A stretch of DNA of 64,000 bases from Candidatus Peregrinibacteria bacterium GW2011_GWA2_33_10 (lineage in GTDB: Bacteria > Patescibacteriota > Gracilibacteria > UBA1369 > GWC2-33-13): the NCBI GenBank assembly GCA_000989565.1, contig LBOO01000007.1, positions 5,202 through 69,201 of the forward strand. Reading direction: 5' to 3'. Of this stretch, positions 1 to 8,569 are shown one piece after another. Positions within the stretch are counted from its first letter, which is position 1. Each line of letters starts with the position of its first letter. The position numbers and the translations under genes are program-made. The notes under the pieces are model-generated. The model was given only the letters and a program-made list of their open reading frames with translations, had not been told where the DNA came from and ran no database searches.

Positions 1-1386
1 GTAATATCGTCTGTGATAATTATACCGGCAATTAAGAAATTTAATTTAATCAGAGCAATAAGTGAGATTCAGTTAAATGAAAAATTTGAAAATGCAATAG
101 TGTCGGTAACTGCAAAATATGAGGGGGAAAAAAATTATTTAATTAATTATAATTCAAATGATTTTATTCATCCGGGATCAAATTTTAAATTGTTCACCGC
201 AGCAGCTTCTTTAATGTATCTTGGACAGGATTATACTTTCTCAACAAGGCTTTTTTTAAAAATGGAAGAAGATGGAAGAAAAAGCTTGGTTTTGAAAGGT
301 TCAGGCGACCCAACTTTAAATAAGAGTCATTTGGAAAGTTTTATAGTACATCTTAAAGATTATGTTCAAAAAAATGGGCCTTTTAATGGTGATTTATTTT
401 ATGATGAAAGTATTTTTAGCGGTGAAAAATATGGTCCGGGTTGGTTATCTGAATGGAAAAATCAATATTTTGCGGTCCCTATTTCAGGGCTTCAATTAAA
501 CGATAATTTGATTGAAGTCATGGGGATTGAAAATGCAGATAATAGTTTTGAAATTTCAACTGAACCTTTAGAAAACTATTCTCCGATAGTTAATCAGTTG
601 AATTATATTAATTTTTTAAAAGATATGAAAAATGAAATATCTGCTTATATTGATAATGAAATATTATATATAAATGGCGATACTGTTAAAAACTCTCCTT
701 TTCACACATCTGCAGTTATAAAAGATCCGGCAAAATTTACAGCAGAAGTTTTTAAACAAATTTTAGTTAAAGAAAATATTATAAATTCAGATGCTAAAAT
801 AATTAATATTAAATATACAACACCTTCGCAAATAATTTATGAACATAAATCAGTGCCTTTGAAGGATATTATTTATAGGATGCTTAAATTCAGTAAAAAT
901 AACTATGCTGAAACTTTAATTCGAACATTGGGTTATGAAATTAAAGGAGAGGGTAGTCAAGAAAAGGGAGTGCAAGTATTAAAGGAGTTTTTTAAAGAGA
1001 TTGAAATATTAGAGCAAGTGGATGCCTTTGATGGTTCCGGGATGTCAATAAAGACAAGAGCGACAGGGGATGCTTTTTTAAGTCTTTTTGATTTTTTAAG
1101 TACACAGAAGTGGATGGAAATTTTTTGGAAATCATTACCTCAATCAAATGTGGATGGAACTTTAAAACGAAGATTTGCAAATGCGCAGCCTGATTTCGTA
1201 GTTTTGGCTAAAACCGGCACTCATCTTCATTCTTCAAGTTTATCGGGTAAAATTTTAAAAAAGAGAGGTCGGAATATTATTTTTAGCGTTCATATTTTTA
1301 ATCATCCTTTTTTATCTGAAGAAAGCACAATAAAAGTAAATCCTTTAATTGATAAGATCGTGGAAATGCTTAATGAACAATTTTGA
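1..1386 (+). CDS. dacB: D-alanyl-D-alanine carboxypeptidase/endopeptidase, PBP4 (peptidase S13) family; frame is open to nt 1, so the 5-prime end may lie outside the window
   Basis: ORF 13..1386; ordered active-site motifs SNFK (SxxK), SKNN (SxN), KTGT (KTG) plus SGDPTL, as in class C low-MW PBPs. Confidence 0.8.
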   Translation, partial: VISSVIIIPAIKKFNLIRAISEIQLNEKFENAIVSVTAKYEGEKNYLINYNSNDFIHPGSNFKLFTAAASLMYLGQDYTFSTRLFLKMEEDGRKSLVLKGSGDPTLNKSHLESFIVHLKDYVQKNGPFNGDLFYDESIFSGEKYGPGWLSEWKNQYFAVPISGLQLNDNLIEVMGIENADNSFEISTEPLENYSPIVNQLNYINFLKDMKNEISAYIDNEILYINGDTVKNSPFHTSAVIKDPAKFTAEVFKQILVKENIINSDAKIINIKYTTPSQIIYEHKSVPLKDIIYRMLKFSKNNYAETLIRTLGYEIKGEGSQEKGVQVLKEFFKEIEILEQVDAFDGSGMSIKTRATGDAFLSLFDFLSTQKWMEIFWKSLPQSNVDGTLKRRFANAQPDFVVLAKTGTHLHSSSLSGKILKKRGRNIIFSVHIFNHPFLSEESTIKVNPLIDKIVEMLNEQF

Positions 1387-1395
1387 ATATGAATT

Positions 1396-1836
1396 TTATA
1401 TTTTCATTCTTTTTCTTAGTTCTCTGTCTATGGATTTTTTTTTCAGGTCTTCTCTTTTGTCATATTTTTTCTTTCCGCGGCAGAGGGCGATTTTTATTTT
1501 TATGAATTTGTTTTTTAAAAACATTTCCAGAGGTACGCAGGAAATGCCTTTTTCGTTTAATTCTTCACAGATTTTTTTGATTTCTTTTTTCGTTAAAAGC
1601 AGTTCTCTTCTTTTTATTGGATCGTAATCTTTTTGATTGCTTTTTTGATATGGGCTGATGTGAATTTTTTCGGCAAATACTCTATTTCCCAAACAAGTAA
1701 TATAACTGCCTTTCAGATTAATTTTATTTTCGCGGCATGCTTTTACTTCAGCGCCGGTTAAAATAATTCCGGCATCCATTTTTTCCAGTATTTCATAATC
1801 GAATAAAGCTTTTTTGTTTTGCGCTAGGTTTGTCAT
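1396..1836 (-). CDS. smpB: SsrA (tmRNA)-binding protein SmpB
   Basis: 146 aa; KKALFDYEILEK, GIILTGAEVK, RRELLLTKKEI and basic C-terminal tail match SmpB; ATGA overlap with the upstream gene. Confidence 0.9.
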   Translation of the reverse strand: MTNLAQNKKALFDYEILEKMDAGIILTGAEVKACRENKINLKGSYITCLGNRVFAEKIHISPYQKSNQKDYDPIKRRELLLTKKEIKKICEELNEKGISCVPLEMFLKNKFIKIKIALCRGKKKYDKREDLKKKSIDRELRKRMKI

Positions 1837-3878
1837 GGTAGTTCTAATGAATTTTGCCAGTTTTTTAAATTAATTTTTTCGTTTTTATTTTTTTTAAATT
1901 CGGAATAATCATACATGGGGCCGACAGCAAAATAATTTTTATGATTTAATTCTTCTTTAATAATGACAAATTGTAAATACCCTAAAGCATGTTGCAGAAT
2001 GTTGTTGGAATATGCGCTTGATAATTCATCAATTGAAATAATGTTTGAGGAAGAAAGAAAAAAAATATTGTCAAAGACGGCTGCCAAAGATTGCGTTTCT
2101 TCCTGAGTTAAAGGAATTTTTTTGATTTGTTTGTCGGACAATGTAATAATTTTTTGCAGAAATTCGGATATTTTATTGTTTTCTTCTTTTAATTCCGGTA
2201 TTTGAATATTGTTTTTTTGAAGTTCGTATTCAATATTTTGTTTTAAATTTAATAGTTCTTGATAGATGTCAGGTCTTGGTTCAATGGAAATGTTTTGCAG
2301 GAGAGTTTCGTTGGCGGATGAAGGATTCGTGTTATAATTCATATTGTTTTTATGAAGCTCAAATAATGATCCTAAAGAAGTGGTTAAAATTTTATTTTGC
2401 CATTCCGGATTGTCAGTGTACGTAAAAGACGTGGCAATGTTTTTTTGTTTGTTATTATAATTTTTTAGAGCTGAAATCCAATATTGATAATAATTTTTAT
2501 GCCAAAAATTTTGATCCAGATTCTCTATTTCCGCTCGTATCTTGTTATAATTTTCTCCATAATTTGGAAAAAGGGAAATATCTTTTTCAATTAATTGTTT
2601 GGCTTTTTTTGATCCTAATAAGGCAAAAATTTCCATTTCTTGTGAAAATATTTTTCGATATTTGTTATCAATTTTTTCCGCTGTAAAAGGAATTTTTTGG
2701 TTTTCATCAATCGTTAATTCTTGGATTTGCGGATAATTGATTTGTTGGCCGATGAATTGATCGAGTTGTTTTTCTTCAGGGAATAAACGAAAATCCGGTT
2801 CAGAGAGAGGAGTGGACAAAAGGTAATTTTCAACTTCTTTTTGAAAGGCTGTAAAATTTTGGAGATAAAAATCTTTTTCTTTTTTCATTTCAGGATTTAT
2901 TTTTTGCCAAATCGAATAATAATTTTCGCTTAAATTTGCCTCGGGAAAATTCCAAAAAATGGAATTTATATTATTAATTGTTTTGTGCTGATTTTTAATG
3001 TAGTCATTTTTATTTATTATTGAACTTAAAATAATTGCCGAGAGAGTTTGTATTTGAGATTTTTCGATTGAAACTTCAGAGTTTTTTAGTGTGAATGGTG
3101 TGTTTTGAAGCCATTTTATTGTAATTAAATAATTTTTGATTTTAGGATAATTATTGTAAACTTCGGGCAGCGCAAATTTTTGATAATCGATTTGGTAATC
3201 AAAAAGCCCGGATTTTTCTTTTGTTTGGGCGGTTTTTATCAATTCTATTTCCGATTTGATTTGGTTGAGTGTGTCTTGATCAGGAGTGAAAATGAATTTT
3301 TTCGCTTCTTCCTGAGTAAAAAGTTTTTCATCGGCTTTGATAATCAATTTATTATCCGCAGTATTAATTTGTTCGGTTTTTGCTTGAAGGATGCTCAAAC
3401 TTATGGCTAAGTCGGACTTTAATAAGTTTAAAGCTTGTTTTTCATATTCATCCGTTTCTATGATTTTTGAAGTTGCGGTGTAAAGATTATTTAATAAATT
3501 CCATAAATTTTCATATTGAATATTATTTTGGATATTTAAAATGTTTTTTTGAATATTGGTTTGCGTGAGATTGAATATAAAATCGCTTGTGAGATATAGA
3601 GGAACGGAATTTCTTCTTAAAAAGGAATATGCTTTTGAAAAATTGTCGTTTTTGCCTAATTTTTTTATTAAGAAAGAATTATCTTGTAAATAATTTTGTT
3701 CTTCTTGGTTTATTTTTAATGTTTTTTTAATTTTTTTATAATTTTCAACTTGGGTTAAATCAATAAAAAACGGAGATTTTTCCTGAAGCTCCATGTCGTT
3801 TTTACTAATTTCATCAGGTTTTTTTATACAACCTGAAAAAAATAGAATGATTATCAAAAGATAATAAAGTTTTTTCAT
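1833..3878 (-). CDS. hypothetical lipoprotein (681 aa)
   Basis: N-terminal MKKLYYLLIIILFFSGC lipobox signal; long uninterrupted ORF; no catalytic motif recognised. Confidence 0.55.
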   Translation of the reverse strand: MKKLYYLLIIILFFSGCIKKPDEISKNDMELQEKSPFFIDLTQVENYKKIKKTLKINQEEQNYLQDNSFLIKKLGKNDNFSKAYSFLRRNSVPLYLTSDFIFNLTQTNIQKNILNIQNNIQYENLWNLLNNLYTATSKIIETDEYEKQALNLLKSDLAISLSILQAKTEQINTADNKLIIKADEKLFTQEEAKKFIFTPDQDTLNQIKSEIELIKTAQTKEKSGLFDYQIDYQKFALPEVYNNYPKIKNYLITIKWLQNTPFTLKNSEVSIEKSQIQTLSAIILSSIINKNDYIKNQHKTINNINSIFWNFPEANLSENYYSIWQKINPEMKKEKDFYLQNFTAFQKEVENYLLSTPLSEPDFRLFPEEKQLDQFIGQQINYPQIQELTIDENQKIPFTAEKIDNKYRKIFSQEMEIFALLGSKKAKQLIEKDISLFPNYGENYNKIRAEIENLDQNFWHKNYYQYWISALKNYNNKQKNIATSFTYTDNPEWQNKILTTSLGSLFELHKNNMNYNTNPSSANETLLQNISIEPRPDIYQELLNLKQNIEYELQKNNIQIPELKEENNKISEFLQKIITLSDKQIKKIPLTQEETQSLAAVFDNIFFLSSSNIISIDELSSAYSNNILQHALGYLQFVIIKEELNHKNYFAVGPMYDYSEFKKNKNEKINLKNWQNSLELP

Positions 3879-3893
3879 ATAATTTTACTGTTT

Positions 3894-4892
3894 TTATACT
3901 TCCTGTTTAACTTTTAAATATAGTTTATAGATAAATATGGTAAAAATGGGAAATATAAAAGTTTTTATGATTATAGGATAAAATGTATAAAGAAAAGTTA
4001 CGCTTTGAGTTTGGATATTATTGAAAAGTTGATTTAAATTATTGTTGTCGGAATTCGTAAATTTTAAATATAGGCTAAATATTATCATGGAAATGAAGAA
4101 AACAATTATTGATGTAAAAATTCCGGCAAAGAAAATATTACCGAAAATTTTTAAAAATTTTCCTTTGGCAATTTTTTGTGTTTGCGGAATTACCTGGTCA
4201 GCGTCAAAGTTTTTTTCTATTTGATGAGGCGCGGCCAAGGTTGTGATATGGACGCGGCTTAAAAAAATTACGAAGCCGATAATTGAGAATAATGACGATA
4301 TTAAAAGTAAAATCGCGCTGTCAAAAAAGATTTCGATTATTTCTTGATTGGTGATGTCTTTATAAGTTGTTAAGTATTCATTGTAGTCGTTGATTAAAAG
4401 CGCGGATGTAATTTTCATGAAAATTCCTCCCAAAAAAAGGAGAAATATTGAATAAATAAAAATGTACAATATGGTTTTAAAATACGTGGCTTTGTTTTTT
4501 AAAAACTCTTTTATAATTTCAAATACTTCAATATTTTTTTTCTTGTAAATATGATTGATGGCAATTAAAAGCGCATAAAACAAAGAGCAACAAACAAGGA
4601 AAGACAAAATCGTATAAAAAATATTGATAGTTAAAAATGATGCTTTGTTTTCCGGAAGAGTAATTATTGATACATCAGTAGCAGCTTTTATATCCATTGT
4701 TCTCACTTGAAGAAAAAAATCAGGATTAAATTTGATGGGAAAATTTAATTTAATGATGTAATCAATAAGTCCGAGAGGAATTAAAAATATTGCCGCAATG
4801 GGCCAAAATATTAGGAAGTTTTTGAAAAAGAAACCAAATGAACTGAAATAGCTTTCAAAAAAACCATTGGATGTTTTTGATTTTGCCGACAT
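3894..4892 (-). CDS. hypothetical polytopic membrane protein
   Basis: 332 aa with several long hydrophobic segments; no family recognised. Confidence 0.5.
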   Translation of the reverse strand: MSAKSKTSNGFFESYFSSFGFFFKNFLIFWPIAAIFLIPLGLIDYIIKLNFPIKFNPDFFLQVRTMDIKAATDVSIITLPENKASFLTINIFYTILSFLVCCSLFYALLIAINHIYKKKNIEVFEIIKEFLKNKATYFKTILYIFIYSIFLLFLGGIFMKITSALLINDYNEYLTTYKDITNQEIIEIFFDSAILLLISSLFSIIGFVIFLSRVHITTLAAPHQIEKNFDADQVIPQTQKIAKGKFLKIFGNIFFAGIFTSIIVFFISMIIFSLYLKFTNSDNNNLNQLFNNIQTQSVTFLYTFYPIIIKTFIFPIFTIFIYKLYLKVKQEV

Positions 4893-5074
4893 TGCAGAGG
4901 TTTAAATTGTGTTTAGTGTTATTTTATAAGAAGTCTTGGGTGAAAGCAAGGGATGAGAATTGTAATCACTCACTGAGGTATTATGTCAACTTTAAGCGCA
5001 GCGTAGTCAAAAAACATTTCCTCGCAAACGTGGTAGGATGATATTGATTAAAGCTGTGAAGGAGTTAGAGCTTG

Positions 5075-6031
5075 TTATCCTCGATAAATTAGAAAGCTTG
5101 TGTAGGCGATGTAGAGAATAACGAAACCGATTCCTTCCCAACGGTCGAGAGTGTTTTTGCGACCGCTGAATGCTATTATGAAAAGTATGACAGTGGCAAA
5201 TAGCGTGATTGAAATGTCGAAATTCAATTGTGGATTAAATTCAATCGGTTTAATTGTGGCTGTTATACCCAGGATTAAAAAAATATTAAAAATATTCGAG
5301 CCTACTATATTTCCGATAGCTATGTCGGATTTCTTTTTTAAGGCGGCCATTATTGAAGTTGCCAATTCGGGGAGGGACGTGCCGACTGCCACTATTGTTA
5401 GACCTATCATAACTTCACTGACGCCTAGGGATGTGGCTAATTTTATAGCTCCGTCAACAATCCATTTACCTCCTAAAATTAACCCTATTAAACCAATTAT
5501 AATAAATGTAATGGAAATTAATACGCTTTTTTTTTGCACTTTATCTGCAGCATCTTCTGATTGGGCTTTGCTAAGGCCAAATGTGGAATAAAGAAATATT
5601 ATAAAAAAACAGATTAATATTAAGCCATCTATTCGTGTTAACGTGGAAAAATTTTGTTTGTCAATTATCTGGTCGTTTACAAGCAATCCAAAGACAATTA
5701 CCGCCAGCAGGCTAAACGGAATTTCTTTCCAGACAGTGCCTTTTTTTAATGATAGAGGGAAAACAATCGCACTTATTCCTCCAATTAATAAAATGTTGGC
5801 AATATTGCTTCCTAAAATATTACCAACCGCAAGATTGGAAGAGCCGGCAAGGCTGGCTGTAATATTGACTACCAGTTCAGGTGCCGAGGTCCCAAAAGCA
5901 ACAATTGTTAAACCAATAAATATATCTGAAACTCCCAGTTTTTTAGCTAAAGAAGATGAACCGTCTATGAGTAGGTCCGCTCCTTTGATTAGAAAAAAGA
6001 AACCGATTATAAAGAGAATATATGTGAGCAT
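5075..6031 (-). CDS. Ca2+/Na+ antiporter, CaCA (YrbG-like) family
   Basis: Two alpha-repeat motifs GNILGSNIANILL and GNIVGSNIFNIFL in a 318-aa multi-TM protein. Confidence 0.85.
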   Translation of the reverse strand: MLTYILFIIGFFFLIKGADLLIDGSSSLAKKLGVSDIFIGLTIVAFGTSAPELVVNITASLAGSSNLAVGNILGSNIANILLIGGISAIVFPLSLKKGTVWKEIPFSLLAVIVFGLLVNDQIIDKQNFSTLTRIDGLILICFFIIFLYSTFGLSKAQSEDAADKVQKKSVLISITFIIIGLIGLILGGKWIVDGAIKLATSLGVSEVMIGLTIVAVGTSLPELATSIMAALKKKSDIAIGNIVGSNIFNIFLILGITATIKPIEFNPQLNFDISITLFATVILFIIAFSGRKNTLDRWEGIGFVILYIAYTSFLIYRG

Positions 6032-6119
6032 GGGAAGTAAGTAATTTGTAATTAGTAAATTGAATAATTTTTTAAAATTTTGTATCTTTGTAGAGATTCT
6101 AAATACTGATTTAAATTAC

Positions 6120-6866
6120 ATGATTGATAAAAATAAATCTATAAAAGTTTATCTTGTGCCGATGTTTTTTGGAGGTTTTGAGGATATTTTGAATAATATT
6201 CCTTTCGGCTTAAAGGGGATTTTGGGTGAATTGGACGGGGTTGTGGCGGAAAATGCGAGAACTGTTAAAAGTCGTTTGCAAATGATGGTTGATTCTTTTA
6301 ATAAATTTGGAGATATGAAAGTTACGATAAAGGAAAACTTGAAGGTTTTGCAGTGGGATGAGCATAGTAGAAAAAAGGATTTGGATTTTATTTTTTCGGA
6401 AATTGAAAAAGGTGGGAATTGGGGGATTGTGTCTGAGGCGGGAATGCCATGCGTGGCTGATCCGGGAGCTGAAATTGTCAGGAAAGCGCATGAAAAAAAC
6501 ATTGAAGTTGTACCTTTTGTCGGACCAAACAGTATTTTGTTGGCTTTGGTTGCTTCAGGTTTAAACGGTCAAAATTTTTGTTTTCATGGTTATCTTTCGA
6601 GGGATCAGAAGGAGAGAATTAATGAACTTAAAAAAATGGAAAAAATGAAAGGAACGCAAATATTTATTGAAACTCCTTATAGAAATGAGGCGGTGTTTAA
6701 GGATATTTTAGATAATCTTAATGAGAATACTGATGTTTGTGTGGCGCTTGATCTTGGGATGAAAAGTGAGTTTGTGAAAACTTTAAAGATGAGGGAATGG
6801 AGGCGGTTTAAGATTGATTTAAAGAAACGTTTGGGGGTGTTTTTGGTAGGAGGGATGTTTTTTTAA
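6120..6866 (+). CDS. SAM-dependent methyltransferase with tetrapyrrole-methylase fold (RsmI/YraL-like)
   Basis: VYLVP, SEAGMPCVADPGAEIV, VPFVGPNSILLALVASGL and FHGYL parallel RsmI motifs; ATG 6120 preferred over TTG 6060. Confidence 0.7.
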   Translation: MIDKNKSIKVYLVPMFFGGFEDILNNIPFGLKGILGELDGVVAENARTVKSRLQMMVDSFNKFGDMKVTIKENLKVLQWDEHSRKKDLDFIFSEIEKGGNWGIVSEAGMPCVADPGAEIVRKAHEKNIEVVPFVGPNSILLALVASGLNGQNFCFHGYLSRDQKERINELKKMEKMKGTQIFIETPYRNEAVFKDILDNLNENTDVCVALDLGMKSEFVKTLKMREWRRFKIDLKKRLGVFLVGGMFF

Positions 6867-7011
6867 TTTTTGAACACTCTCTTATTATTCAAGTTTGAGG
6901 TTTTTATTATCATTTTTTATTGTCAGGTTGATTAATCCCACGCTTTTTATTTTTGTCAATTTAAAACTCCGGCTTTTATGTGTATAATTTGATATTTGCA
7001 GTTCTAAAATT

Positions 7012-8466
7012 TTGTTTTTTAATTTAAATTTTATGTTTGATAATTTAGTTATAAATTTACAAAATGCGATGAAAGGGAAAAAGTTGATTCGCGTGGCTCA
7101 TATTTTGGATGAAGGTTTGGAGCAGACAGTGGTTTCAATTCCGCAGGAAGTTTGGTATAAATATCCAACGCTTGGGGAGGATTATTTAAAGACAAAAATC
7201 CCTTCTTACAGGCCTTTTCCAAATATAAACAGGGATCGTGAGTATACTTATGATCATTTGATTTGGAAAGTCATGGCTTCGGGTTATCTTTCCAAAATGG
7301 AGGAAACTCCTATTTTTATGGCTTCTAAAAATTCCACTAATTTGACTGAAGCTTGCAAGGAATTCGGGTTTTTGGAATTAATGCCTGATTATAAACTTTT
7401 TAAAGATTTGCAATATAAAAATCGGCTGTATTTATATGGTGTTGATGAAGAACATGGGCAGATTCCCAATATTCAAAAAAAGATAAAAGATACAACTTAT
7501 GAAGAAATTGTACAGATTTTGGGTGAAAATTTTGTGGTGCAATATTCTTTTGATATATCGGGATGGAATACATCTGGGGGGAGGGATGTTTATTTTGTGC
7601 ATAATAAAGGGGATTTTTTGGAGGCTCAGAAAGATGCTCGCGATATTGAAGCGAAAATTTCCAAATTTATTGAGGGACCGAGTTTTTCAATTATTGCTGT
7701 TGCCATGGAGAGAGGTACTTTTGTCAGTGATTTTTATATGCAAATTATTGGAGCGCCGGAACTTGGGGCTACCAACACAATGTATGGAGGTGTGGATTTT
7801 ACAAAATTCGCGGAATATAAAGATAGAATTGAGCCGCAATTAAAGAAAATCGTAAAAAACATTGGAGCAAAAATTTATGGCAAAAATTTTAAAGGCAGCT
7901 TCGGTATTGATTTTATTTATAATATTAAAGATTCCAAAGTGTATGTTTCAGAGATTAATCCGCGGTTTGTGGGTTCATCCGATATGGTTAATTTTTTATA
8001 TAAAAGAGCTAATAAAATGCCGCAATTATATCTTCATTTCGCGGAATATTTGGATTGCGTTTCGGAAGATTTCGATGTTTTGGAATATGAAAGGAATGTT
8101 ACAGGTTCTTTTACGGGTAGTTTTTTATATATGAAAAATTTGACCGGAAAAACAATACAAATAAAATCAGCTCCAAAGCCGGGGATTTATAAATTTGAAG
8201 AAAATGATGTGAAATTTTTAAGAGATGGTTATGATATTTCCGAACTTAATGAACCTGATACTTTTATTCTTTATAATGTCGAGGTATTACAAAGAAATAT
8301 TGATAATGCTGAAGGTATATGTAAAATACAAACTTTAGAATCCGCGATTGAATCGAATAGTGTTTTAAATGAAAAATATAGAATGATCGTGAAAAAAGTA
8401 TATGAGAAATTTGAGTTTTTGCCGGCGGGAAGTTATGATAGCAGCGTGCCGTATGATGCGGCGTGA
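7012..8466 (+). CDS. ATP-grasp domain protein of unknown specificity
   Basis: C-terminal half has the ATP-grasp signature FGIDFIY..KVYVSEINPRFVGSS; N-terminal ~180 aa unassigned; start uncertain (TTG 7012, ATG 7033 or 7069). Confidence 0.6.
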   Translation: MFFNLNFMFDNLVINLQNAMKGKKLIRVAHILDEGLEQTVVSIPQEVWYKYPTLGEDYLKTKIPSYRPFPNINRDREYTYDHLIWKVMASGYLSKMEETPIFMASKNSTNLTEACKEFGFLELMPDYKLFKDLQYKNRLYLYGVDEEHGQIPNIQKKIKDTTYEEIVQILGENFVVQYSFDISGWNTSGGRDVYFVHNKGDFLEAQKDARDIEAKISKFIEGPSFSIIAVAMERGTFVSDFYMQIIGAPELGATNTMYGGVDFTKFAEYKDRIEPQLKKIVKNIGAKIYGKNFKGSFGIDFIYNIKDSKVYVSEINPRFVGSSDMVNFLYKRANKMPQLYLHFAEYLDCVSEDFDVLEYERNVTGSFTGSFLYMKNLTGKTIQIKSAPKPGIYKFEENDVKFLRDGYDISELNEPDTFILYNVEVLQRNIDNAEGICKIQTLESAIESNSVLNEKYRMIVKKVYEKFEFLPAGSYDSSVPYDAA

Positions 8467-8470
8467 GGGG

Positions 8471-8548
8471 GAGAGATCAGGGATCAGTTATCAGCGATCA
8501 GGAATAATGCATTTTATTCCTGATCGCTGATCTCTGATCCCTGATAAC
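8471..8548. terminator. 78-nt imperfect palindrome built from GATCAGN heptamers; probable terminator hairpin between the ATP-grasp and helicase genes
   Basis: 8491..8507 TCAGCGATCAGGAATAA pairs perfectly with 8514..8530 (6-nt loop). The stem extends to about 32 bp with one 2-nt mismatch. Arms are 4 heptamer units each. Confidence 0.65.
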
Positions 8549-8569
8549 TATTTATTACTTGTTACATTC

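Noticed and set aside
5151-6044. Long ORFs (146 aa and 133 aa) antisense to the CaCA antiporter gene. Similar antisense ORFs occur inside ald (55204..55645), rpe (57439..57819) and the HK-like gene (41347..42126)
   Set aside because: They lie entirely within well-supported genes on the other strand and have low-complexity or hydrophobic mirror composition with no motifs. They are typical shadow ORFs.
6953-6988. TTGTCA ... TATAAT promoter upstream of the ATP-grasp gene
   Set aside because: The spacing between the hexamers is 24 nt, far from the 16-18 nt optimum. It is probably coincidental in AT-rich DNA.
7012-8466. ATP-grasp gene as a RiPP (graspetide/microviridin-type) maturase with an upstream precursor peptide
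   Set aside because: No plausible small precursor ORF occurs in 6867..7011 or downstream. At 484 aa with an unrelated N-terminal half, the protein does not fit the compact graspetide ligases.
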